Below, piece after piece: positions 56,358-64,000 of a stretch of 64,000 nucleotides of DNA; positions within the stretch are counted from its first letter, which is position 1; each line of letters opens with the position of its first letter. The position numbers and the translations under genes are program-made. The DNA is from Patescibacteria group bacterium (GTDB taxonomy: Bacteria; Patescibacteriota; Patescibacteriia; Patescibacteriales; JBAZCA01): assembly GCA_041661405.1 (NCBI GenBank), contig JBAZUL010000008.1, positions 3,640 to 67,639 of the forward strand, given 5' to 3'. Below the pieces are notes generated by a model. The model saw nothing but the letters and a program-made list of their open reading frames with translations, ran no database searches and was not told where the DNA came from.

Positions 56358-57104
56358 ATGAAAACGCTAATCGTAATTATCGCGGCGCTGATCCTTACCG
56401 GTTGCAGCGCGAAAAAAAATATGATTATTGATGAAAAAAACGCGCCCGGAAACTCATACGCTAGCGGCAACGGGGATGATATCGGACGGATAAACGCGAT
56501 AAAAAACGGGCTTACCCCCAAGGTCAAACCGACCGGAAAAAAAACTGATACTGCCGGCGGCGGGGAAGAGACGGGCGGCCAAAACGACGGCAAACAACAG
56601 ACTCAGATGGAAGACCTTGTTTCACAATACGGCAAAGCGACGATTAAAACTAATTTCGGGGACATTAAAGTTGAATTTTATAAAACCGACTCGCCGATAA
56701 CAGTCAACGTTTTTATGAACCTAGCGAAAACAGGCTTTTACGAAGGCATAAAATTTCACCGGGTAATAAAAGATTTCATGATCCAGGGCGGCGATCCGTT
56801 AAGTAAAGACGATGACCCGTCAAACGATGGGCAGGGAGGTCCGGGCTTTAAGTTTCAGGACGAATTTAACAACCACAAGCTCGTTAAAGGCAGCTTGGCT
56901 ATGGCTAACTCCGGCCCCAACACCAACGGCTCTCAATTCTTTCTGGTAACCGCCGACGAGACGCCTTGGCTGGACGGCAAGCATACTAATTTCGGTCAAG
57001 TTATTGAAGGCATGGAAGTGATGGAAAAAATAGGGAAGCTCGCGACTGACGCGACTGACCATCCGCTGGAAGAAGTGATAATAAATAAGGTAGAGTTGGA
57101 ATAA
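56358..57104 (+). CDS. Cyclophilin-type peptidylprolyl isomerase lipoprotein
   Basis: Lipobox LTGC, FHRVIKDFMIQGGDP and GSQFFL. Confidence 0.9.
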   Translation: MKTLIVIIAALILTGCSAKKNMIIDEKNAPGNSYASGNGDDIGRINAIKNGLTPKVKPTGKKTDTAGGGEETGGQNDGKQQTQMEDLVSQYGKATIKTNFGDIKVEFYKTDSPITVNVFMNLAKTGFYEGIKFHRVIKDFMIQGGDPLSKDDDPSNDGQGGPGFKFQDEFNNHKLVKGSLAMANSGPNTNGSQFFLVTADETPWLDGKHTNFGQVIEGMEVMEKIGKLATDATDHPLEEVIINKVELE

Positions 57105-57180
57105 AGGCGGCCAACCTCCCGCGATTTACGCGCGCCTTAAGCGCGCGGAGCCGCCCGGATGAGGTGATCCCGCGAAACAT

Positions 57181-57924
57181 ATGAGAACCATTTTAAAATT
57201 CGCTCTGCGTTTTTATTTAAAAACCATGGCCCGGTTGGCGCTTTTTATCCATCGTCCGAAAATTATCATTGTCGCCGGATCGGCCAACAAAATATTTATT
57301 AAAGAACGGATCGCGCTGGAGCTGACTTTAGCCGGAAAAACCGTTAAAGCGGCAGAACGTGGCTTTAATACTGAAATCGGACTGCCGGTCGCCATCCTTT
57401 CTCTGCCTTCGGGTTACGGTTCGTACCAAGCCTGGTTGCCGATAATCCTCCGGGCTCCGCTGGCGGCGGTAAAAAATCCGCTTCCTGAATTTTTAGTACT
57501 TGAGTTCGGCATCTCAAAACCCGGAGACATGAAATTTCTCCTGTCCATCGTTAAGCCCGACGTTGCCGTTATTTCCGATATCACCCAGCGCTATATGGAT
57601 AATTTCTCCTCGGTGGAAAAACTGCTTGACGAATACCGCCTGCTCTTAGGAAGCGTAAAAAAAGGCGGAAAAGCGGTGCTTAATTCTGATAATGAAAAAT
57701 TAAGGAACATTGCCTCCGAAGGGCTTAGGACGGAAATGGTATTTTTTGGCTTTGGCGAGGAAGCCGACTGGAGAATTATTGAGTCCGAAAACCGCCTGGA
57801 AAAGCAGACAGCGAGAATTTCAGCCCGGGGAGAAAAAATGACTCTGGAGACGAACCGGCCCGGCAAGCATCAGCTCTACGCTCTTTTGGCCGGAAAAATT
57901 ATCGGAAAAATGTATGGCGCCTAA
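57181..57924 (+). CDS. MurF-like Mur ligase central-domain protein with degenerate P-loop
   Basis: Colinear with the MurF central domain (NTEIGLPVAIL, VLEFGISKPGDM, VKPDVAVISDI, GKHQLYALLAG). However, GSANKIFIKE replaces the GSxGKTTTKE P-loop, and the N- and C-terminal domains are absent. Confidence 0.6.
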   Translation: MRTILKFALRFYLKTMARLALFIHRPKIIIVAGSANKIFIKERIALELTLAGKTVKAAERGFNTEIGLPVAILSLPSGYGSYQAWLPIILRAPLAAVKNPLPEFLVLEFGISKPGDMKFLLSIVKPDVAVISDITQRYMDNFSSVEKLLDEYRLLLGSVKKGGKAVLNSDNEKLRNIASEGLRTEMVFFGFGEEADWRIIESENRLEKQTARISARGEKMTLETNRPGKHQLYALLAGKIIGKMYGA

Positions 57925-58774
57925 ATGGGGAAGATTAAAAAAAAATAATTTATATCCCGAGGAACGCGCGAAACGCCGGGGTAATCCGTTTTTTAACCGG
58001 CCAAAGACGAGGAGCTGGCTCTCAGCCAAATTTAAATTCATATTACTGGGCGCCGCGTCGGTAATCGCCGCGATTGCCTGGCTCTTATTTTTTTCCCGCT
58101 TCTTTCTTATTACTGGCGTGGAAATGTCCGGAGCAAGCGATGAAGTAAAGCGGGAAGCGGAAAAAAAGTTTACCGGACAATCAGCTAAAAACCGTTGGAT
58201 TTTCTTCCCCCAAAGCAACCTTTTTATTTTTAATGAGCAAGAATATGTATCCGCTTTAAACGAAAATTTTGTTTTTCAAAAGCTGGATGTTAAAAAAAGA
58301 TTGTTTCATCGCCTAATAATTGAATTTGAAGAAAAAGAAAATTCGTTCGTCTGGAAAGAAGGGGACAAGTTTTATTACATTGACGACGCCGGACGGATTA
58401 TAAAAGAGGCTGACCCGCTAAGCATAAACACAAACCAGCTGGCAGTAATAGAGAACCAACGCGCTCCGCTTGCTGAAGAAAAAAAGCTTGACCAAGAAGC
58501 CGAAAGAATCGGATACGTCCGCTCCTTGAGCGATGCCATAAAAAACACCCATGGCGCGCCAATAGTGGCGGAGCGGTTTATCCTGGACAAAGATATTTAT
58601 ACCGTAAGACTCCAGACGGCTTCTTCCGGCCCGGAAATATTGTTTAATATTAAAAATCCCGCTCAAACTCAGATTGACCGCCTTTCTGTACTCATTAAGG
58701 ACAAACTCGGGGAAGAGTACCTAAAGAAAAAATACATCGATCTCCGGTTCGGCGAATTAATTTATTATCAATAA
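57914..58774 (+). CDS. ftsQ: Cell division protein FtsQ/DivIB-like (POTRA domain)
   Basis: Basic cytoplasmic tail, a single TM helix (FILLGAASVIAAIAWLLFF), then a POTRA-like ITGVEMSGASDEVKREAE segment. Confidence 0.7.
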   Translation: MAPKWGRLKKNNLYPEERAKRRGNPFFNRPKTRSWLSAKFKFILLGAASVIAAIAWLLFFSRFFLITGVEMSGASDEVKREAEKKFTGQSAKNRWIFFPQSNLFIFNEQEYVSALNENFVFQKLDVKKRLFHRLIIEFEEKENSFVWKEGDKFYYIDDAGRIIKEADPLSINTNQLAVIENQRAPLAEEKKLDQEAERIGYVRSLSDAIKNTHGAPIVAERFILDKDIYTVRLQTASSGPEILFNIKNPAQTQIDRLSVLIKDKLGEEYLKKKYIDLRFGELIYYQ

Positions 58775-58798
58775 TCCCGATGGCTCGGGATAAAATTT

Positions 58799-58945
58799 AT
58801 GGAAAAACTTTTTAAATTTTTATTTTATCTGGCAATTTTAATTTTTATTTTACTGATTATCGGGGTTTTTCTTTTAATCATTAAAATTCTTTTTTTATTT
58901 TTCCCCGAAATAAGCTTCTTTGGAATTAACTTTACCGCTCCTTAA
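58799..58945 (+). CDS. Hypothetical 48-aa membrane peptide
   Basis: ATG-initiated ORF MEKLFKFLFYLAILIFILLIIGVFLLIIKILFLFFPEISFFGINFTAP, below the ORF-track size cutoff. Hydrophobicity is the only support. Confidence 0.3.
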   Translation: MEKLFKFLFYLAILIFILLIIGVFLLIIKILFLFFPEISFFGINFTAP

Positions 58946-59083
58946 AATCAGACTGTTTTTTTCGGAGGGCGGGGAGTCAGGAGCTCCGCGGACGCGATAT
59001 AACAAGGTAGAAACAATGGCTTTTTTCAATCTGACCTAGTGTCTCATAATATATGTTAATGGACATTATATTCAGCTTATATT

Positions 59084-60088
59084 ATGGTTAATGTAAAGCA
59101 CGCTGTAAAAACCAATAAAAACTCCCTGACCGGCCATATAACCGGTTTCCTTGAGTATTGCGAAGTGGAAAAAGGACTCTCCCCTAATACGGTGGAAAAT
59201 TATTCCCGGTTTTTAAAAAAATTTAGCGTCTGGCTTAATGATAATCACCTTAAAAATATAAAGCCCGGGGAACTGAATGACAAAATTGTCTGGGACTACC
59301 GGCTCTACCTCTCCCGCGCCAAGGGTTCCCGGACCGGCCAGAACCTTAAAAAAACCACCCAAAACTATTACCTTATCGCTCTGAGGGCGCTTATGGAGTA
59401 TTTCTCCATTAAAGACATAAAATCCCTAGCGCCGAATAAAATCCGGCTTCCGAAGCTCACCGACAAAGACAAGGCGATAAAATTTTTAAGCCTCAGCCAG
59501 GTAGAAGATCTCCTGTCCCAGCCGGATACGAATACCGAAGCCGGACTAAGAGACCGGGCGATGCTGGAAATTCTCTTCTCAACCGGTTTCCGGGTTTCTG
59601 AGCTAGTGTCTCTTAATGTAACCCAGTTTAGTGTTCCGGTAATTGAAAAATTCCTAAAAGACGGCAAAAGTTTTGAGTTAAGCATATCCGGAAAAGGCGG
59701 AAGAATCCGGGTAGTCTATTTTTCGCCGCGGGCGCTTCATTGGCTCGCCAAATATTACAATAAAAGAAAAGATAACGAAAAGCCGCTTTTTATCAACTAC
59801 CGCTCCCCTGCCCCGCGTTCGCGGGAGGCAAGGCTTTCCGTCCGTTCGGTTGACCGGATAATCGCCAAATACGTAAAAATGGCCGGCCTGCCGATTTCCG
59901 CCACCCCGCATTCTCTCCGGCATTCTTTCGCGACTGACCTTTTAAACCAGGGCGCGGGATTGCGCGATGTCCAGGAACTCTTGGGCCATAAAAATATTTC
60001 TACGACCCAAATCTATACTCACGTAACCAATAAAAAACTCCGTGAAGTTCACGAAAAATTTCACGGAGCCAGAGAAATTAGCAACTAA
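59084..60088 (+). CDS. Tyrosine recombinase, XerC/XerD family
   Basis: N-terminal SAM-like domain, then the catalytic region ..GLRDRAMLEILFSTGFRVSEL.., HSLRHSFATDLL and LLGHKNISTTQIYTHV. Confidence 0.88.
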   Translation: MVNVKHAVKTNKNSLTGHITGFLEYCEVEKGLSPNTVENYSRFLKKFSVWLNDNHLKNIKPGELNDKIVWDYRLYLSRAKGSRTGQNLKKTTQNYYLIALRALMEYFSIKDIKSLAPNKIRLPKLTDKDKAIKFLSLSQVEDLLSQPDTNTEAGLRDRAMLEILFSTGFRVSELVSLNVTQFSVPVIEKFLKDGKSFELSISGKGGRIRVVYFSPRALHWLAKYYNKRKDNEKPLFINYRSPAPRSREARLSVRSVDRIIAKYVKMAGLPISATPHSLRHSFATDLLNQGAGLRDVQELLGHKNISTTQIYTHVTNKKLREVHEKFHGAREISN

Positions 60089-60116
60089 GCTTGTAATGAC
60101 CTGTCCAAATCCTGAA

Positions 60117-60641
60117 CTATTGACCCTGTCCTAATAGGATATTATAAGAATCGGAAGATCCTTCAGCCGCTATTTCGGTTCCTGACCATGGGGTTGAGCA
60201 AATTTGGGCGGCATTTCCGGCCGTTTTTTCCATCACGCTCGCGAAAATTAGAGCCGCGCTGGTGAATTCTCCGCCGTTGCAAGGCTGGCTGACGTCATAA
60301 TAGTAATAATGGACTGAATTAGCCGGTGAATCGGATGCTCCCGAAGGATCAACAGGCATTTTAGGGAGATAAGGTTTTAAGAGCGTATCCAGGCTGCCGC
60401 CGATACCGATTTTTCCGTTATACGTAGCTGACGGGTAGCCGCGGTAATCATTATAATACATTTCCATGGCGTTTTTTATCTGTCTTAAATCAGCCAAACG
60501 GGCGGTATCGCGGGCTTTTTCTCTGGCATTTTTCAAACTAACCACAGCCAAAGTGGATAAAAACCCTATTATTGATATTACAACCAGAAGTTCAATTAAA
60601 GTGAACCCCTTGCTCGTGTTTATTTTTTTTTGGAACCTCAT
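60117..60641 (-). CDS. Type IV pilin-like protein (prepilin N-terminal methylation domain)
   Basis: KGFTLIELLVVISIIGFLSTLAVVSL prepilin cleavage/methylation motif. Confidence 0.88.
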   Translation of the reverse strand: MRFQKKINTSKGFTLIELLVVISIIGFLSTLAVVSLKNAREKARDTARLADLRQIKNAMEMYYNDYRGYPSATYNGKIGIGGSLDTLLKPYLPKMPVDPSGASDSPANSVHYYYYDVSQPCNGGEFTSAALIFASVMEKTAGNAAQICSTPWSGTEIAAEGSSDSYNILLGQGQ

Positions 60642-60732
60642 ACAATTTTTTTAAAACCGCGCCTCGCCCCGGAAAAACTATTAGATTAAAAATGAGCGAA
60701 TTGCGCTATAAGCAGTATAGCAATTTATCAAG

Positions 60733-61986
60733 CTAAGGCAAATAATCCAGCGGGTTTACCGGGATGCCGTTTAAGCGCGTTTCAAAATGCAGGTGTGGTC
60801 CGGTAGTTAGGTTGCCAGCGCCGGGAGTTCCGGGCATTCCGCCGACAGCTCCGATCACCTGGCCCTGAGTTACGTATTCGTCTTCCTCAACAAAAATTTT
60901 TGAAACATGGCCATAAACCGTTGACAGCCCATCGCCGTGGATTAACATGATATAGCTGTAGCCCATGCCGCTATTCTTCGCCCGGGCGACATAACCGGAG
61001 GCAGCCGCTTTTATCGGAGTTCCCTGTCCGGCACGGATATCAACTGCCGGATGCTCAAAAATATATCTGAAAGGATAATCAGGATCATGAAAATAGGCGG
61101 TGATAGTATTTTTCGGCACCGGCCAAGCCATCGCCGAATCAGTAACCTCCAGCTTTCCGGCATCAAGTTTTGAAAGCTTTTCGCGGGCGCTCCGTTCAAG
61201 ACCGACGATATCGGCCGCGGCCGAAGCCTGCTCTTTTTTCGCTAAAGCGAGCAATCTCTGATATTCAGCCTCCGAAGAGCGGGTCTGCTCCAAGAGGATA
61301 TTCTTATTGTCATACTCGGCGGCGAGCGAAAGTTTCTTATTTTCCAATTCTTTTTTACTGTCTTCCAATTCTTTGTTTTTATCATTCAAAGCTGTTTTTT
61401 CTTTCTCCAGCGACTCCTTGTCGGATTTCAGATATTCAATCGCGTCTTTTATGTCTGAGTTAACGTCCTCCAAATATTTAACTTCGTTTAAAAATTCGGA
61501 AAAAGAATCGTTTAGGAGAAGAATTTCCAGGAAGCTGGTATCATCCTTCTTATAAACCATCCTGAGAATTTTTGAAATATGATCTTTTTTTACGTCAATC
61601 GCTTCCTCTTTTTCTTTTATTTCCAATCCGGTTTTCTCTATTTCCAGAAGAACGCGGTCAATCTCAATCTGGGTCCCCGTTATATCCAATTCGGCTTTTT
61701 TCGTCCGATTGTCAATAATGGCCAGCTGATTATTAAGGCCGGCTCGCTCGCTTTGTTTATTCTTTATGGCATCGCTGTACGCGGACTGGGCCTTTTCTAT
61801 TTCCTTTAATCTATTCTTCTTGTCTTCAATCTGACGGTTGATCTCCTTCACTTCTTCATTAATTTCATCGGAAGCGGATTGGTTTACTACAGCCCCCCTG
61901 ATTTCCCTTCCAAAAGAAACAAAGGACGCGGAAAGGGCGAATAAAAAAATTCCGAGAATCAGTCTAAGTTTTTTAGGCATGGGCAT
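60733..61986 (-). CDS. M23 family metallopeptidase with long coiled coil (EnvC-like)
   Basis: Signal/TM segment, about 250 aa of coiled coil, and a C-terminal M23 domain (HPAVDI, GYSYIMLIHGDGLSTVYGH, GPHLHFE). Confidence 0.88.
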   Translation of the reverse strand: MPMPKKLRLILGIFLFALSASFVSFGREIRGAVVNQSASDEINEEVKEINRQIEDKKNRLKEIEKAQSAYSDAIKNKQSERAGLNNQLAIIDNRTKKAELDITGTQIEIDRVLLEIEKTGLEIKEKEEAIDVKKDHISKILRMVYKKDDTSFLEILLLNDSFSEFLNEVKYLEDVNSDIKDAIEYLKSDKESLEKEKTALNDKNKELEDSKKELENKKLSLAAEYDNKNILLEQTRSSEAEYQRLLALAKKEQASAAADIVGLERSAREKLSKLDAGKLEVTDSAMAWPVPKNTITAYFHDPDYPFRYIFEHPAVDIRAGQGTPIKAAASGYVARAKNSGMGYSYIMLIHGDGLSTVYGHVSKIFVEEDEYVTQGQVIGAVGGMPGTPGAGNLTTGPHLHFETRLNGIPVNPLDYLP

Positions 61987-62078
61987 ACTTTTTTATTATA
62001 CCAAAAAACTTAAAAGCAGGCAAAGCCATACCAAAATACAATATCTTTTACCCGTTCATCTTAACCATTTATCTAATT

Positions 62079-63824
62079 TTAGAGCATTTTTTCTGTAATT
62101 CTCTTTTCAATTTTTTCCTTCACTTCCCCGATTAACTCTTCTTTAGCCATTAATTTCAGGTCTTTTATTCCCCGGACGCGGACAGCCAATTTTTCCCCGC
62201 CCATTTCCTTGTCGCCGATTACAACGGCATAAGGAACTTTTTCGCCGCTGGCTTTGCGGATTTTGTTGCCCACAGTTTCATCTCCCGCGTCGCATTCGGC
62301 GCGAATCCCCTCTTTTTCCAGCTCTTTCGCCAGTTTCAAGCTGAAGTCCGCGTGCTTTTCGCCGACGGAAATAATTTTAACCTGAACCGGAGAAAGCCAG
62401 ACCGGCCAAGCGCCGGCAAAATGTTCAACTAAAATACCGAAAAATCTCTCCACTGATCCGTAAATAACCCGATGAATCATGACCGGCCGTTTTTCCGTTC
62501 CGTCCGAATCAATATAATGTAAATCAAACCTTTCGGGCATGTTCATGTCCAGTTGGATCGTTCCACATTGCCAAGTGCGGCCAATCGCGTCTTTAATATG
62601 AATATCAATTTTTGGACCGTAAAAAGCTCCGTCCCCTTCATTGATTTTATATTCCCTGCCGGCGGAATCCAGCGCTTCCTTTAAACCAGCGGTCGCGGTT
62701 TCCCAAGCTTCATCCGTGCCAATGGATTTCTCCGGCCGGGTGGAGAGTTCAAGGTGATAAGTAAGGCCGAAAACCGAATATATTTTTTCCACCAAACCCA
62801 GTACGCCTAAGATTTCTTCTTTAATCTGATCCGGCCGCATATAAATATGAGCGTCATCCTGATGGAATTGGCGCACCCGAAATAAACCCGACAAAACGCC
62901 GGACAGTTCATGGCGATGAACCAGCCCGATCTCTCCGGCGCGAATCGGCAAATCGCGGTAAGAATGGATGTCTTCTTTATATATCAGCATGCCGCCTGGG
63001 CAATTCATGGGTTTAATCGCGAATTCCATGTCGTCAATCTTGCTCTCATACATATTCTCCCGATAATTTATCCAGTGCCCGGAAATTTCCCAGAGTTTTC
63101 TTGACAGCATTATCGGGGTTTTTACTTCGTCATAACCGGCCTGAGCGTGAATTTGGCGCCAAAAATCCAATAATTCATTCCAGATTATCATGCCTTTGGG
63201 TTTAAAAAAAGGAAAGCCCGGGCCAACATCATGAAAAGAAAATAAATTTTGTTCCTTGCCCAGCTTTCGGTGATCCCTTTTTTCCGCTTCTTCCTGCATT
63301 TTTAAATATTCATCCAGTTCTTTTTTGCTCGCGAAAGCCACGCCGTAAATCCGCTGGAGCATTTTATTTTTTTCGTCGCCCCGCCAGTAAGCGCCGGCGA
63401 TTTTTGTCAGTTTAAAGCCTTCGGGGTCGATTTCACTGGTTGATGCGACATGCGGCCCGGCGCAAAGGTTGTCAAACCAGCCGGATTTATAAAAGCTGAC
63501 TTTTTTTTCTCCGGCGGCCTTTAAATCATCAATAAACTCGGTCTTATAAGGATCATGTTTATAAAATTCATAGGCTTCTTTAAAATCCATGTCATGCTGT
63601 TCAAACTTAATTTTCTCTTTTATAAGATCCTTCATCCTTTTTTCCAGCCGGGGAAAAATTTCCGGGCTTATCGCTTCCGGCAAATCATAATCCTGATAAA
63701 AACCGTTTTCAATCGCCGGTCCGACGCCTAAGCCAACCCGCGGATACAACTCCTGGACTGCCATACTCATTATGTGCGACAGAGAATGCCTTGCGGCTTC
63801 CAAATTTTTTTCTTCATTTTTCAT
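62079..63824 (-). CDS. thrS: Threonine--tRNA ligase (no N-terminal TGS domain)
   Basis: Starts at the editing-domain HSLSHIM motif, followed by AGAYWRGDEKNKMLQRIYG, a class II core (FRVRQFHQDDAHIY) and an anticodon-binding domain. Confidence 0.93.
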   Translation of the reverse strand: MKNEEKNLEAARHSLSHIMSMAVQELYPRVGLGVGPAIENGFYQDYDLPEAISPEIFPRLEKRMKDLIKEKIKFEQHDMDFKEAYEFYKHDPYKTEFIDDLKAAGEKKVSFYKSGWFDNLCAGPHVASTSEIDPEGFKLTKIAGAYWRGDEKNKMLQRIYGVAFASKKELDEYLKMQEEAEKRDHRKLGKEQNLFSFHDVGPGFPFFKPKGMIIWNELLDFWRQIHAQAGYDEVKTPIMLSRKLWEISGHWINYRENMYESKIDDMEFAIKPMNCPGGMLIYKEDIHSYRDLPIRAGEIGLVHRHELSGVLSGLFRVRQFHQDDAHIYMRPDQIKEEILGVLGLVEKIYSVFGLTYHLELSTRPEKSIGTDEAWETATAGLKEALDSAGREYKINEGDGAFYGPKIDIHIKDAIGRTWQCGTIQLDMNMPERFDLHYIDSDGTEKRPVMIHRVIYGSVERFFGILVEHFAGAWPVWLSPVQVKIISVGEKHADFSLKLAKELEKEGIRAECDAGDETVGNKIRKASGEKVPYAVVIGDKEMGGEKLAVRVRGIKDLKLMAKEELIGEVKEKIEKRITEKML

Positions 63825-64000
63825 TTTTTTTGAACAGCGGGGTTGGAAAAAGTTTGTCCCTGGCCGGCTGTAATATTTAAGTTTTTACAAAAAAAACCTC
63901 GTCCTAGCGCGACCAAAAAATTTGATCGCACTGGGACGAGGTTTTAACCCGCGGCTCCGGCTTTAGCCGAAGTCCCGATTGCTCGGGATTCCACCCAGTT
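63825..64000 (-). promoter_or_regulatory. T-box-like leader (3-prime part: antiterminator/terminator), truncated by window edge
   Basis: On the minus strand, CUGGG-UGGAAUC-CCGAG ... CUCGU-CCCAG resembles the T-box antiterminator with a UGGN bulge. The competing terminator AACCUCGUCC (63943-63934) / GGACGAGGUU (63904-63895) plus U8 lies 64 nt upstream of the thrS ATG. Confidence 0.55.

Noticed and set aside
59041-59092. Possible dif-like Xer site directly upstream of, and overlapping, the recombinase start (TTATGGTTAAT matches 9 of 11 positions of the E. coli XerD arm)
   Set aside because: The corresponding XerC-arm position (ATTATATTCAG) does not resemble ..CATAA, and there is no dyad symmetry. 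The match overlaps the start codon in very AT-rich sequence and is probably fortuitous.

Overview
This is a 64-kb, gene-dense chromosomal segment with about 70 CDS and visibly AT-leaning sequence. UGA is used as a stop codon. The gene content suggests a reduced-genome bacterium of the CPR/Patescibacteria (Parcubacteria-like) type, but that is an inference from gene content only. Recognisable content: four aminoacyl-tRNA synthetases (lysS, serS, gltX, thrS); peptidoglycan and division genes scattered in small groups (murA, murG, murC-murB, a degenerate MurF-like gene next to ftsQ, an L,D-transpeptidase, an M23 peptidase); glycolysis genes (eno-gpmI, gap); a glycan cluster (RmlA-like gene, five tandem GT2 genes, galU), plus a separate sugar-transferase/GT4 pair; an ABC-2 system with four permease genes and one ATPase; a gap/NuoF-like/[FeFe]-hydrogenase/TM1266-like cluster; greA, cca, surE, a Xer-type recombinase and a type IV pilin-like gene. 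RNA features: an unusually long type-A RNase P RNA (37873-38415), and the 3-prime part of a T-box-like leader in front of thrS that runs off the window edge. One AT-rich islet carries a DUF262/DUF1524 (GmrSD-like) nuclease gene. By eye I found no rRNA, tRNA, CRISPR array or transposase. The most unusual signal is a dispersed set of tandem 7-nt repeat arrays. Most abut start codons, and four lie in frame inside murG, gltX and hydA. The second notable signal is a modular palindromic element shared by two divergent promoter regions. All protein calls rest on motif recognition from the supplied translations; no database search was possible.
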